Shown: piece after piece, positions 40,814 through 54,699 of the stretch
How positions within the stretch are numbered: position 1 is the first letter of the stretch
How the letters are laid out: each line of letters starts with the position of its first letter
From: Haliotis cracherodii
Lineage: Eukaryota
NCBI RefSeq assembly: GCF_022045235.1
Contig: NW_027266275.1
Location: 59,520,001 to 59,584,000, forward strand
Reading direction: 5' to 3'
DNA: 64,000 nt
Position numbers and translations under genes: made by a program
The notes under the pieces: model-generated
Database searches by the model: none
Told to the model about the DNA's origin: nothing
What the model saw: the letters and a program-made list of their open reading frames with translations, nothing else

Positions 40814-43800
40814 ATTACACGCAAAGGTTACTGGTGCCAATTCTAGCCAGGAATCCCCAAGAGGGCGAAGCGGTAGCCTCCAGACAGAAGACAAATAAAA
40901 CATGTACATAAGTTATAATAATATTGATGCTATGTTTATGTGTAGTGTGCAATAAGTGTGTACAAATTGAATGGACGTTAAAGAAGCAAGCTAAAAAGCG
41001 TATTAATAGTTTTCCTAGGATAACACTGTCTCCAATCACTAATGCCCCTCGAATATCCTATAACGAGGGCAGTAAACGCACGTATAGTTGAAATCAATTT
41101 CCTGTAAATGTTGCCAATACACTGAAGCTCAAACATAATCACTCCATTTTGTTTAAAGAGGCCGACAAAGTGCGAATACATATCTTAAAAGTTGTAAAAA
41201 TCATCTCCAAATGAGAGCTACCGGGTTGGTGTGGACACTGTCATTATGTGGAAAATTGCACGGCATTGACAAGGCAGACGAGGCTAATAACTCCATACGA
41301 AGGCGACTTCTGAACGACGCGGGCTGCTCAAATTGCCCAATAATGAGTTAACAATGCAACAGAAATTTGCTGAAGACTATTACAGACAGGTCCATCAGGC
41401 GAACAATGTATTCTAGGGCCAAACTGGACAATTGGTCAATGAAGGGGAAGCTGGTGAAAATAAATGCCCATGCTGACAACGCGTCGAGCTAGAAAATCGA
41501 TTATGATAGTTTGCCAATGGTCGAAGACCTTGATCTTTCCTGAGAATGCATTTGTTAAGTTCTAGCCCCTTCCTCGATGTATTGAATTACCCAGTCTATA
41601 CACATAACCCTAGGGATGTTCAAGCGAGGTTTGATCGCAAATGTGATGGATAAAGTTCTCGTCTCCACTCCTTCAGATCAGCTCAGTTTGGAAATGCAAA
41701 TTGAAGCAGATTTTGGAGCTGACAGGCATTTATGCTCCATGATGATTACGTGGACAAGTTTTTCTATTAAAACACGAGACTGTTTTAGTAATAGATTTCT
41801 CGAATATTCATTACGGTAAAGACACGTTGGTTGTTGTAAAACGACCTGTTGCGATGAATGCGGCTCTTGGTAATCGATGTAATAAAATTTCCTTTCACAC
41901 CTCAGAAGGATATATCCGCAGGTTACTCACAAGTATTTACTTTGATGTACAACTGATTAGATGATTGGTGTAATCGATGTCACAGAAGTCGGTCCCGATG
42001 GCTCTAGTGAGGAATAATTGAACTGATGCGCACAGTTTCTCATTTTGCTGACATTGGTTTACTGAGGTAACAGTAATCCCACAGAATAAACTTTTTTTGT
42101 CCAAAGACCAAGCTTGATGTATTTGGCAACGTGAATGAGCAACAGAAACTCTTTCATGTGTTTTCTCTGGTCTTGCACAGAGTTGATCTGACATGTGTCT
42201 GCCAAACAGAAAAAGTATAGCTTTCGGAACAAAGGATCTGATGTGTTGACTGAAAAACATGATCTCTGATTAAAATATAGCAAGATTGTGTTTTTGGGTG
42301 ACGCATCGTCGTTCTTCAAGAACATATAATGTTACCTCTATGTAGGAGTACCAGCTTGTGATATTTTCATTAAAATAGGTAGCAGCTCGCTATTATGAAA
42401 CAATAAGAAGTTGGGTCTGTTGTAGACAGTTGGGTAAAAATGTGTTTATTCTCCAGTCTAATAAAGATGTTGATAATGTTGAATACGAATAAAACAATAT
42501 AAATCATGAATAAAGACTTTTGTTAACAAACTGTCAGAAACAGCAAACACATCCACAAAATTTGAAAATTGAATGTTTTTTATTTTAATTTTGTGTGTCT
42601 ATAACACATCAAACGCAATAGCCCAAAGAGTTATTTCTCTCAGAAACTTTCACAATCTGGTCATAACAATAACAGTTAGTACCAGTTTTAGACGAGATAA
42701 AGATATTTACCAAAGATGACTTTCGGAAGAACATTTGATCCTAAATATCAGCATTTTATCAACTTAAAGCCAGAACGCAGTGACAACCCAAAATGGCTAA
42801 CGAGCGTTAAAGGAAGAGTATACGAGACGTCGTTGACACACCATCCTGGTCAGAAGAACTCGAAAGGATTTTGTCCGTCTCTGATTGACGTGAAGGACCA
42901 CCACATGGGCATTGTGGAGACGTATGTTGTCTGTTCAGCATGTCCTCTGGGACTCGTGATCTGCTTTGAAGGACAGAGGTGTTTGACATGGGCTTTGAAG
43001 ATTACGTATGACTTTGTGTTAAATAGCATTATAATAATTCAGACAGACTTACAGATTAATACTGTAACTACCTGACTGCACGAGCAATACACCAATAACA
43101 AAAACGTGGTTCTTATATATTAGAAGATACAACCATGATTATGCTTTGAATTATGCTTAAACATTTCATTTTCTCTAATGGGTGTCTGTTATTATCTTCG
43201 AGGAAGCTATTTGATATATATATTGTAAGATAATCGATATGAAAAATAGTTGTGAAATATATTTATACACAATTCAATGGTCATCGTATTGATTTACTTA
43301 ATACAAATTACCGAGGGGATAGCCCAGCAAGGTTGGGTAAATAATTATAAGTATCTTAATAAGTTACACTTGATAGAATATTGTTTAAGGATATGACAAG
43401 CTAGCTATGATATCACTAGAGAATGACAAACGATCATTTAAAACTATACCAAATAAATCCGTTGGTATTTAGCATCACTAAACAGCTTACACAGCATAAA
43501 TATTGTTACAATATTTTTTTACAACATCCGTAGTGATATAGTAATATGATGTCCTGTGAACATGTTATCTGAAATTGTATTTATTACTTTTATGTCATTG
43601 AATAACTGCCATTGCTGAGTTGATCGTTTCAACATTGTTTCCCGTATTTCTGAATCATTTAATCCGAACTTGGTTGAAAGTAAAGTGAGACATTGACAAA
43701 AAGGGGTTCTACGTCCTAGACGTCGTAAATGGAATTTCTTTGACAAGACATAACACTGTTAATAGCCGGAAAATGGTTTAGGTGACATACTCTTAAAAAT

Positions 43801-44190
43801 ACTTGGGGCGAGTAAAACGCATAAAGTAGAGAATTGAATTAAAGTGTTGCACAGTTCCCTCTGAGTGGAGCATCGATGGTGGATTACGGGCATAATGCAG
43901 CCATCCAAGTCATCTTAGACAAGCACTCTCGAGGGGGCGAAAACAGTAACTTACCATCTCTTCCAGTTTACCCAATTTCGTGGTGTAATTGAAAAGCCAT
44001 CAACACGATGATGTGATTATTCCCGCATCATCGTCGTTATTATCCCACACAAGACTATCTGAGGAAGCAATGACCAACAATGATAACATTAACACAAAAA
44101 ACAATAGGTTAGTGTTGCAATATATGATAAGAATGTAGTATGTACACGCTGATGTGTTTGTCTATACCGTGACGTTTTATGTATGAAGTT

Positions 44191-44747
44191 GGGGGCACTG
44201 GTGGCCAGCCATCGGAGTGTCCGCAGTTTGATGTGCAGTGTTGCATACCCCAGGCATGCCACAAACCGAGGTTCGCAGTTTCGATTCCCGGTTCGTCCTG
44301 ATTGTGTTTCCAGATTTCTTTGCGTGATATGTACCCGTGCTCGTGGGTTAACATCTCAGATATTCACCACTTCGTACTTTCTCCCACATCAGTCTGACAC
44401 GTCGTGATATGACTGAAATACTAAGTCTTTGAAAGGCATTTAGAAATGGTACACAAAGGAAGAGAATTTATGGATGTCAACTTCTTTGTTATGAGGAACA
44501 CAACGTTTCGGAGTTTATACTCCTTCATCAGGTGAATGAATGCCATGTTGTTACATCTTATTACTTTTGTTGTTTTTACATGTACACATATATCCTCTCT
44601 GCCTCATATCATTCATTTCCTGATGAAGGAGTAAGTATATACTTCGTAACGTTGTGTTCCTCAAAATAAAGAAGTTGACATCCATAAATTCTCCTCCTTA
44701 ACTGAAATACTGTTCCAAGCCGCGTCTAACCAATCTCACTCACTCAC
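44191..44747 (+). mobile_element. SINE family C, split by an insertion at 44423-44700
   Basis: Head gggggcactggtggcc.., body cccgtgctcgtggg; tail resumes at 44701 and ends in ctcactcactcac. Confidence 0.8.
44423..44700. mobile_element. Fold-back Penelope-like (pseudo-LTR) insertion with two minimal hammerhead-like motifs
   Basis: Inverted arms ~44455-44542 and ~44610-44699, each reading CTGATGA-A-GGAGT..ACT(C/T)C-G(A/T)AACGTTGTG..AA(T/C)AAAGAAGTTGACATCCAT; 11-bp TSD actgaaatact (44412-44422 / 44701-44711). Confidence 0.75.
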
Positions 44748-44843
44748 TACAGATGAAGACATACCGAGAAGTTAGTTTTTATGATCATACTGTAAAATTA
44801 AACAAATGTATACTTTATAGTCTTATTATGTCTATTTGATTGA

Positions 44844-44987
44844 GGGGCGGTCGGGTAGCCTTGTGGTTAAAGCGTTCGCCCGTCACGCTGTAGACCCGGG
44901 TTCGATTCCCGACATGGTTACAATGTGTGAAGCCAATTTCGGAATATTGCTAAAAGTGTCATAAAACCAAACAGACTCACTCACTCA
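44844..44987 (+). mobile_element. SINE family A with a short internal deletion
   Basis: A/B boxes, (ACTC)n tail, 12-bp TSD ctatttgattga (44832-44843 / 44988-44999). Confidence 0.9.
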
Positions 44988-45051
44988 CTATTTGATTGAT
45001 GCAAGTTCAGATTTCAACGCCAAATACAGCTATATGGAGTTTACCAAATGA

Positions 45052-45246
45052 TAGGAATCCTGGTCGGAGTAGGACCCTGGTACTTCATGCTTGTAAGAGC
45101 CGACTAAAATGAGGATCGAGTGATCATGATCAGGCTTCGTGATCCCGGTTGGGTGGATCTCTACTCCTAGATTCAGCCACCAGATTGACTGGCCATGATA
45201 AAGTTTGAATACTGATGACAGTGGCGTCAAACATTTACTCACTCAC
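45052..45246 (+). mobile_element. SINE-like family B-related copy, diverged
   Basis: catgcttgtaagagccgactaa..ggatcg..gtggcgtcaaacatttactcactcac. Confidence 0.6.
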
Positions 45247-45451
45247 CCAAATGAAATAACAGACCATGTAGTCACATATATAATATGCATGTGGATACAT
45301 TGCAACAAATGCGGTTTATTGAATGTCAAGTATCTTTTGTTATTATTATTCTCATTCGACGTACACGTAGATTTACAAAACAAAGTTAGTTTATATCAAT
45401 ATATAACGTAATGAATGAATCGATCTACTTGAAAGCTGGTTTACATTTATA

Positions 45452-45578
45452 TATACTTCAGAAAATAAGTTAGGTATTGTGAAATATGTTTATATGTGAG
45501 AGATGAAAATGTGTTCAGACCTCACTACAAAAATATTCCCCCAAGTATTCATGATCCTAACTTGTTTTGTTCAGTATA
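45452..45578. mobile_element. MITE related to the 34380 element
   Basis: aaaataagttagg.. / tattcatgatcctaacttgttttgttcagtata. Confidence 0.5.
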
Positions 45579-46389
45579 TGTGCGCATCGGGCATACTTTG
45601 CGATGAGACAAAACAACTCTAGATCTGTATACGCCTGCATGGCCTAACATGCCACTGATAAGGCAAGTATTTCTGGAAGTAGTCCTTGTTTGGTTTAGGG
45701 TGATAACGTTTGTTCAAAGCGTCAAGGTAAATTGTTTTTTTATGTTGTAAATTCTGCGAAGGATATGTTAGAGTGGCATATAGGCATTATGGGGAGACCT
45801 AAACAAACAAGAAATAGGTGGAGACCCGCTACAACTCAATCGACAATAACAGTGTGTCACATTTATCTCGAAACAAACCCCCTACATTAATACAATGAAA
45901 TAGCGTTGCAACATTGACGGACATTCTAGATACCTGCTTTTTTATTTTGTTGGATAATGTAACACGACAGTTTCACTAGCAGTTTTTTCAGCTCGATCAC
46001 ATCCATACAAGATTGAATTAACTTGAATCGTCATGTAATTTAAGATACGCTCCCAATATGGCTATTTAGAACGTACACGCTACAAAATTGCATTCTGAAT
46101 GTTATGGAAGGTTCAACCTCACTCGCCTTGGCAAGCATCATTGGTTTACGTTAATGTGCATAATGAGTTGCTCTTACATTGTACTTTGTTCTCTATGCCA
46201 TATATCCTCTCAATCAAAGGCAGATGAAAACCCAAAACTATGAAACAGGTGTACTCTTGTTGTCTGTCAACGTTATAAACTAGACATACAACATTAGGCA
46301 GTACATATCTGAATATCGACGAGTAGATCTGCTGTCAGTAGGTTGATGAAGATTTCGTCTTTGGGGGAACTCGATGTCTTCATGAATGG

Positions 46390-46612
46390 GAACCCGCGGG
46401 GATTACGAGTTAAAATTGTTTTCCTTCAACCAGTACTTGTCGTACTTGATAGATCGGGTGGTCAGACGCGATGACCTGGTTGATTGTGTGTCATCATACC
46501 CCGACGATGTGGGACGCTACTCAACCACTTGATTGTCTGGTCTAGACTCGATTATTTACAAACCGTCTCCCTGAATACTGCTGAGTGCTGAGTTGCACAA
46601 CAAACAAACAAA
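46390..46612 (+). mobile_element. SINE-like family B, diverged
   Basis: gatcgggtggtcag..gattgtctggtctagactcgattatttaca..ctgagtg..acaacaaacaaac. Confidence 0.8.
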
Positions 46613-49600
46613 ATCATCACAACAAATCATCAGTTCATTGTTTGAGTGGGGTAAAAGTTCTGTCGTTTTAATCACTCACCGTTTCGGCAGCGGTACGTTA
46701 GTATAACGCATTGCAAACGATCGTGTGGTCACACCACACGTGTGTTGCATAACACCCCCCAGATTCAATATACATTAAGTCGTATTTTGCTGATTGTTTT
46801 CCGGAACAGCCGTGCGGAAAAGACAACAGCTCAAAGCTAATTTACAAGTCTGGTCCATTGTGATTTATGTTAACGTGAAATGTGACCATTATGTGCAATG
46901 GCTGAGCTCCCACAGGTGCAGGGCCGGAAACGGAATTAACATTCTTGCCAATGCCGACCACACTCACGATAACTGTAAGGATTTATCAAGCAGAGCCATC
47001 ATAAATCTCACTCACAGCTAACCCACTGAGCACAATTAGTAGCAAACTATTATTAAATACTATTCCATATACTATTCATGCAAGGATTTTAAGAAATCTG
47101 TTGGGCATTTTGCAATACAACAAAGATGTACCAATTCCCAGACCGGGAAGTATTTCTTTCAACTTATGGGATTTATTTCCGTATGTACTCGTCAATTTCA
47201 CGTACAATGACGTTTTGATATGCATATACACATACTTGTTTGCTTGCAAGTCCTCCTTGGGCTTACCCCTAACATAGGCTTTACTTAAGCACAGTCGTGT
47301 GGATAACTGTTGCACACAGGAAAGGCTAATTTTAGCCTTCGTCTGATGAAGTCTTGCCGTCCTTGCATCGCCTGACAAAGAGCAATACGTCTGTATACCA
47401 TAGCTGTTAGTGATCTTAGCCACAGTGGTGAAAACATTCGCAAATGACAGAAAAACAAATCTCAGGTTAATGAGGTTGTGATCTTCATCCAACGAACTGA
47501 AAATGAGAACATCAGTCAAAATGAAAAATCCAAAGGGTTAACATTCCTGCAAACCTAAACCCGGTATGGCATAAATAACGGTAGATAAGAATGTGTGGAA
47601 TCATGTCCTGCTATTGGCAGATCACACTGCTGCGTAATCTTGCAGTTCCGTAATTACCATGGCCCTAGGTCAAATCAGTGGGATGTGCTATCTGTCATTC
47701 CAATACGAGTCATGTTCAAGCTCGGTTGTTATGCAAAGGGTTTTGACGCTATTATTTACAGCAGAATCGACCATCTCAGTCTTTACTTGTGGTTGGGACT
47801 TTGTTGGTTACAACATAAACTGAGGAGTAAAAGAGACTATACCCCTAAGTTGATTTTATCGCTTGTTTGGTTTTCTTAAGTTAGCGATATTATATAAAAG
47901 ATATATACACTGCCAGGGCGTTTAGTCAGCACTCAAAGAATATCTCTACATTATTTTAAAATGAAATTTGATTTAAAACTTAAAATAGAAAACAAAAAAC
48001 AAAACAAAAACAACCCAAAGTCGCATAATACCCAACTGCTGATGGGTATCTTAGATATCTTATCATTGAAAATCAATGAATTTGCTTTTTCGGCACAAAT
48101 TTACATTTCAAACTTGGCAGGGATCATGTTTGAAATTGCAAAGGTTGCAAGGTCATTTCTTACCCCCAGTCTTTATTGAACCAATTTATTTTTTCACAAA
48201 ATTACCCAGCCACAGATTACTTTTTACACAACTGTTGCAGGAATGAGCGATGGTTAAATAGACATAATCAAATTTAACAACAGTTCTTTCAATTTCCAAT
48301 TACATAAAATACAAATTCTGTATACTTTCTCCTGCCCTTCAGTTTATACAACGGATATTGGACCTTTTGTCATTGACTGACGACTTTGAAAGTTAAACAC
48401 AGTGAACAGTGAATATAAAAATCAATTAGGGAATAATCATATTTATTAAACTAAATCGACTTTTACTGACTTTCTCTGTTTATCATACGTGATTAGATCA
48501 TCAACAACCATATCAAGGGTAATGTTGCTACAGACTCAACATCTGAAACTTGATCCTTATTGAAGGCATTATATAATTACATCTATTTTTACAGGATATT
48601 CATGTGGCTTATGCAACCAGAAAGAAAGGAAGCAAAACAAAATGGTGAAAGAATAACCATATTGTCATGACTACGCATTGGCATTTGCACATGCTTTAAT
48701 GGATTTCCCATTTCTGATTAAAACATAATCCGGTCTTTTTCGATTTAAACCCTTCTGAAAACATATTTTGGAAAAAGTGCGTGCCAAATGCCACATGTAC
48801 ATTTATCTAATACTCGAGCAATGTTTATACAAGTCAATGACTCTTGTTTCTATCATTCTTTGCTTGCCTTAAAGACGGTAGTTCGTTTATGTACCACCCC
48901 CTCCCTTTCACTCCCCGCCCCTCCAATGAATCCACATCATGATCACTCCACCTTTTACTCTTGTATTCCCATCAATGAACCCAGCCTTTATCTGGTGGAA
49001 ATTAACCTTATCTTATGGTTGATGTTCACTGTGAAACGGCTCCCATCTAAATCTACTACACAAGGTATTTCCATCTTCTGAGGGGGGACACGGATGGCCC
49101 TGTCGTTTTAGGTGCCGCAATTCGCCGGAGTAAAATCTAAAATGGGGAAATTTAGGAATGGCTGCGAAAACCCACTGGCCCATTAGGTTCAAAATGACTC
49201 ATATGATGATGGTAATCGCTTAGGGGGCTTACCTTGTCTATCGAACCCGTTATATCTATTCTTTCTACCGTACTGTATATAATAACTACATTACAGATGG
49301 GGGCTGTTGTCTAATAGAAGATCGCTGTGGTCGTACATGGCTTACAATTTTTCCAGATAAATATACTGCAGACACTTGATTTAAAGGACTTCATGCTGCG
49401 TGGTCATTTCAACTAAACAATGTATATTTAATTGAGCTTGTGGAAATTATTTTGCCACTTTAATTAGACTCGTGACAGTAATTCATCCGTATATGAAAGT
49501 ATTGCCACACAGCAGTATGCGGTACCTTCACATCGTTTGCAGTATCCATATGTAGAGCAACCTTTATCTGTTACTTGGAGATCTTATACATATATCTATG

Positions 49601-49645
49601 TATATGTAGTCCTAATTTGATCTTAATATCTCTACTTGAAACATC

Positions 49646-49963
49646 GACCGGGTTAGAATAGGTCTTCAGCAACCCATGCTTGCCGTAAGAGGCGACTATG
49701 CCTGCCCTAGGAGGCGACTAACGGGATCGGTGGTCAGGCTCCAATTTGCGTAGATCAATACGCATGATGTCACTCACTGGATTGTCTGGTCCAGACTCGA
49801 ATATGTACAGGCCGTGGTCGTGGCTATGGGTTTCACCAAAGCGTCAAATGTCTAAGACCTGGATCAAGTCGGGCTTTTCTCCTTAATCAAGCTTCATGTA
49901 ACAAGCCGTAATATAACTGAAAACGTTTTCGCAGTGGCGTTAAACCGAACTAAGTCTCACTCA
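49646..49963 (+). mobile_element. Chimeric SINE: family B 5' part joined to family C 3' part
   Basis: Family B sequence up to ~49814, then gggtttcaccaaag..aagacctggatca..tcgggctttt as in family C. Confidence 0.75.
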
Positions 49964-50964
49964 AACATATGCACACATAGCCCATAGAACAAAAAAAGCG
50001 AGAATATCGACGTCCTCGTAATATATAGAATTCTGTTTTTCTAAAAGTTATATCTTGACAATGATAACATATGACAGGTAGTGGTTCACAATGATTATAA
50101 TATTAACTATTTGAAAATTAAATTACTATTCTATGCCTAAACTTTTTTTATTTTCTGTTGATGACAAATACAAAAAGAAGTTAAGCTTCACCCCGTCTGA
50201 ATCGGATTTCCAGGCTTAGTTTATGCGTGCAGGATCATTTTACATATTTTATGATTTAGTTTTAATGACATGTTATGTAAACAGCAGGCTGTTGCATGGT
50301 GTCTGGCTATTGCAAGACAGTTGACAATTCAATGTCATTAGGGGACACGCAATAGTTTACATTAAAATTCCATATACTAAGTGCACATAAAAGGGCAAGA
50401 GCAAACGTTGTTCCCAGAAGGTACACGTGATACAAGATACAGGTACGTTGTCGAGTATAATGTTCAGACGTTACGCAGTTTATACCCTAGCCTGAAGACC
50501 GAGTCACACGTACACACTCACTCTACAGCCTATTACCCACTGAAGTGTTATATTGATGCCGAGGGTGGTACTGGGATTTCGTGTTGAATTATAATGCACC
50601 TTATGCTCCTTCATGATAGCATACCTAGTACCTTGGCAGCAGTTTGATTTGAGAGAATTGAATGGTGACATGTGTCTTCTAAGGAAAGCATCTATTTCAC
50701 TCAAGATACACTTTCTTGATAACAGAGTGTATTTATGGCAACAATCAACATTGTTGTACCTGTGCCATTTTTACGAAACGCTTATAACTGAGAGCGGTCT
50801 TTTACATATATTTAAGACATATATGTCCATGAACCCTCGGTGTGTTTAGTCTACAACGAACACGCACCCAACTAACCATATCTTTAGTACTGAATGTGGA
50901 GTGTATGTAACCGTATTGTAACTACATGACCATGTGCATGTGCAATGGTATTAAAAAAGAGAGT

Positions 50965-51143
50965 GGTTGGTGCATCCAGTAGCGCCGGGCATACTTAGCC
51001 TTTTCACGAACACCTTAGGTCAACAATGTTTTTCACTGATCCATTCATATATTTGTCACCACTTCCTTTGCCTCTTACGTCCTATGGACTCTGTACCGGT
51101 TAGTAATCGAGACTGATTTTACTCTAGCGTTGACGTTTTGTAC
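50965..51143 (+). mobile_element. Retroelement family F, 3' UTR fragment
   Basis: Shares motifs with the 14940 and 58470 copies. Confidence 0.6.
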
Positions 51144-51234
51144 TAAAAGTCTAGATGTTTCATTCTGAATAAAGTGATGTTAAGATAAGTTTGAAATATG
51201 TGTTTGGCACACCAAACGGTGAGTTACACATGTT

Positions 51235-53560
51235 AACGGACATACATGGATATGATTAGGACAGACTGCTCGATGAAATACACATGCTGACTGATATATG
51301 TATAGATGATTAGGACAGACTTCGCAATGAAATACACATGCTGACAGATATATACGTATATGATTAAGACAGACTGCTCAATGAAATACACATATTCAGT
51401 GACATACATGTATATGATTAGGACAGGCTGCTCAATTAGATAAACATGTTCAGTGACGTACATGTATATGATTAGGACAGACTGCTAAATGAGATAAACA
51501 TGCTGACTGACATACATGCATATGATTAGGACAGACTGCTCAATGAAATGCACATGCTGACTGACATATGTATATATGATTAGGACAGACTTCGCAATAA
51601 AATACACATGCTGACTGATATATACGTATATGATTAAGACGAATGCTCAATGAAATACACATATTCAGTGACATACATGTATATGATTAGGACAGGCTGC
51701 TAAATGAGATAAACATGCTGAGTGACATACATGTATATGATTAGGACTGTTTGATGAAATACACTTGTTCAGTGACATACATGTATATGATTAGGACAGA
51801 CTGCGCAATGGGATAAAAATGCTGTCTGACAAACATGTATATGATTATGACAGGCTGCGCAATGAAATACACATGCTGACTGACATACATGTATATGATT
51901 AAGACAGGCTGCGCAATGAAATACACATGTTCAGTGACGTACATGTATATGATTAGGACAGACTGCTAAATGAGATAAACATGCTGAGTGACATACATGC
52001 ATATGATTAGGACTGCTTGATGAAATACACATGTTCAGTGGCATACATGTATATGATTAGGACAGACTGCTAAATGAGATAAACATGCTGAGTGACATAC
52101 ATGTATATGATTATGACAGACTGCGCAATGAAATACACATATTCAATGACATACATGTATATGATCAGGACAGACTGCTCAATGAAATACACTTGTTCAG
52201 TGACATACATGTATATGATTAGGACAGACTGCGCAATGAGATAAACATGCTGACTGACATACATGTATATGATTAAGACAGACTGCGCAATGAAATACAC
52301 ATGCTGACTGACAAACATGTATATGATTAGGACAGGCTGCGCAATGAAATATACATGCTGACTGACATACATGTATATGATTAAGACAGGCTGCGCAATG
52401 AAATACACATGTTCAGTGACATACATGTATATGATTAGGACAGACTGCGCAATGAGATAAACATGCTGACTGACATACATGTATATGATTAAGACAGACT
52501 GCGCAATGAAATACACATGCTGACTGACAAACATGTATATGATTAGGACAGGCTGCGCAATGAAATATACATGCTGACTGACATACATGTATATGATTAA
52601 GACAGGCTGCGCAATGAAATACACATGTTCAGTGACATACATGTATATGATTAAGACAGACTGCGCAATGTAATACACATGCTCAGTGACATACATGTAT
52701 ATGATTAGGACACACAACTAAATGAGATAAACATGCTGAGTGACATACATATATTTGATTAGGACAGGCTGCGCAATGAAATACACATGCTGACTGAGAT
52801 ACATGTGCATGATTCGGACAGACCGCTCAATGAGATAAATATATTCAGTGACATACATGTATATGACTAGGACAGACTGCACGATGAAATAAACATGCTG
52901 ACTGGCATACATGTATATGGTTAGGACAGACTGCTTCATGAAATACACATGTTCAGTGACATACATGTACTTAGTATATGGTTAGGACAGACTGCTAATT
53001 GAGATAAACATGCTGACTGACATACATGTATATGATTAGGACAGACTGCTCAATGAAATGCACATGCTGACTGACATATGTATATATGATTAGGACAGAC
53101 TTCGCAATGAAATACACATGCTGACTGATACATACGTACATCATTAAGACAAACTGCTCAATGAAATACACATATTCACTGACATACATGTATATGATAA
53201 GGACAGACTGCTTTCTGAGATAAACATGCTGACTGACATATATGTATATGATTAGGACAGACTGCACAATGAAAGAAACATGTTCAGTGACATACATGTA
53301 TATGATCAGGACAGGCTGCCCAATGAGATAATCATGTTCAGTGACATACATGTTTATGATTAGGACAGACTGCTTACTGAGATATAAATGCTGACTAATA
53401 TACATGCATATGATTCGGGCAGGCTGCTCAATGAGATAAACATGTTCAGTGACATACAAGTATTTGATTAGGATGAAATAAACATACTGACTGACATATA
53501 TGTATATGATTAAGACAGACTGCTCAATGAAATAAACATGTTAGCAGAGATACATGCACA
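51235..53560. repeat. Minisatellite array of ~43 copies of a 54-bp unit (tgacatacatgtatatgattaggacagactgcgcaatgaaatacacatgctgac)
   Basis: Direct periodicity; gives 18-aa repeat ORFs on the minus strand. Confidence 0.97.
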
Positions 53561-53919
53561 TGACTATCCAACTCTCTTTAATACACGTTCATCTGAAGAA
53601 AGCCTGGGAAGAGATCACTCGTTTAATTAACATGCAGCTGTATTACACATTGTGTAATACCTAAGCGCGTGCATGTATACTGCAGGAACACTTTTCTCGA
53701 ACAAATGTTGAAAACTCTCATCATCCGTGGGTTTATTCAACGACATTGCGTGAAGAGATGATAGATCACTGAGAGGAGCTTATGCACACTTGATGAGCCC
53801 AGCAACCCTGTTGCTAGGCTGCCGTCATATGACATTGTTTCGCCGGTAGATCTTGCAACAAAAAGCCACAAATTACGTCATAGGGTTTATATTGTGGCGT
53901 GATTGTAAACATTGTGGTG

Positions 53920-54034
53920 CAGGGTCCCGTTCCACAAGGCGATCGCAGGGCAACGACTGTCCTAAGTCTGTCTATATATATGGGAGTTATGGATAACCAT
54001 AACGTCACGATAGCTTTTGTGAAACGGACCCCTG
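53920..54034. mobile_element. MITE (possibly PIF/Harbinger-like)
   Basis: Imperfect TIRs cagggtcccgttccacaaggcgatcg / cgatagcttttgtgaaacggacccctg. Confidence 0.7.
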
Positions 54035-54699
54035 AATTATAAAGGTGGGCCGTTGTTGGGTATCATATTAATAACTATCAACTTTTGACGTGTTTGAAGT
54101 ATCATTATGTTAACGCAATTAGAATAAGCTTTGGATCGCGTAGATGCCTACCTATCCACACACGTCAGTGACATTCTTAAAATGTTATAAACGGAAAGTA
54201 ATATTCGGGATACTGAACTCGCTTTCGTGTGATGCCAATTTTATTACACGTTTTCGCTCGTCAGATATCAGAACTATTTCATAAAATTGGTATTTTACGG
54301 GATCTCGTTTTGTGTTCTATATATATTTACCCCTCTAGGCTATTATTTTCAGTGTTTCAATGTCAACATTGTACAAAAAGCTGACATATAAGCAACCCCT
54401 TAATAACCAAACAACTAAAACAGCCATTAATCTCAATCTAATCAACCCTTTGGATGTTTATCGTCAGTCAGAACGTAAATTCATATATCTGACAAAATCT
54501 AACTCCACTGCTTCAAAACGCAATACGATATCTGTAGAGATGTGTCAGCTACAAAATGATAAATCGTTGCAGTAACTCAGTTATATTACGCTAGATAGCT
54601 AATTCGCAAATGAAGCTGTGTTTAACGTGATGCTTTACCCAATGCTTACAGGGTGTATTGAGCCTTTCTGTGAGATAACTGCATGTACACTGTACGCGA

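Noticed and set aside
51233-53459. Long minus-strand ORFs with 18-aa repeats (up to 215 aa)
   Set aside because: By-product of a 54-bp satellite whose unit length is a multiple of 3; frames are broken by indels and stops, and there is no gene structure
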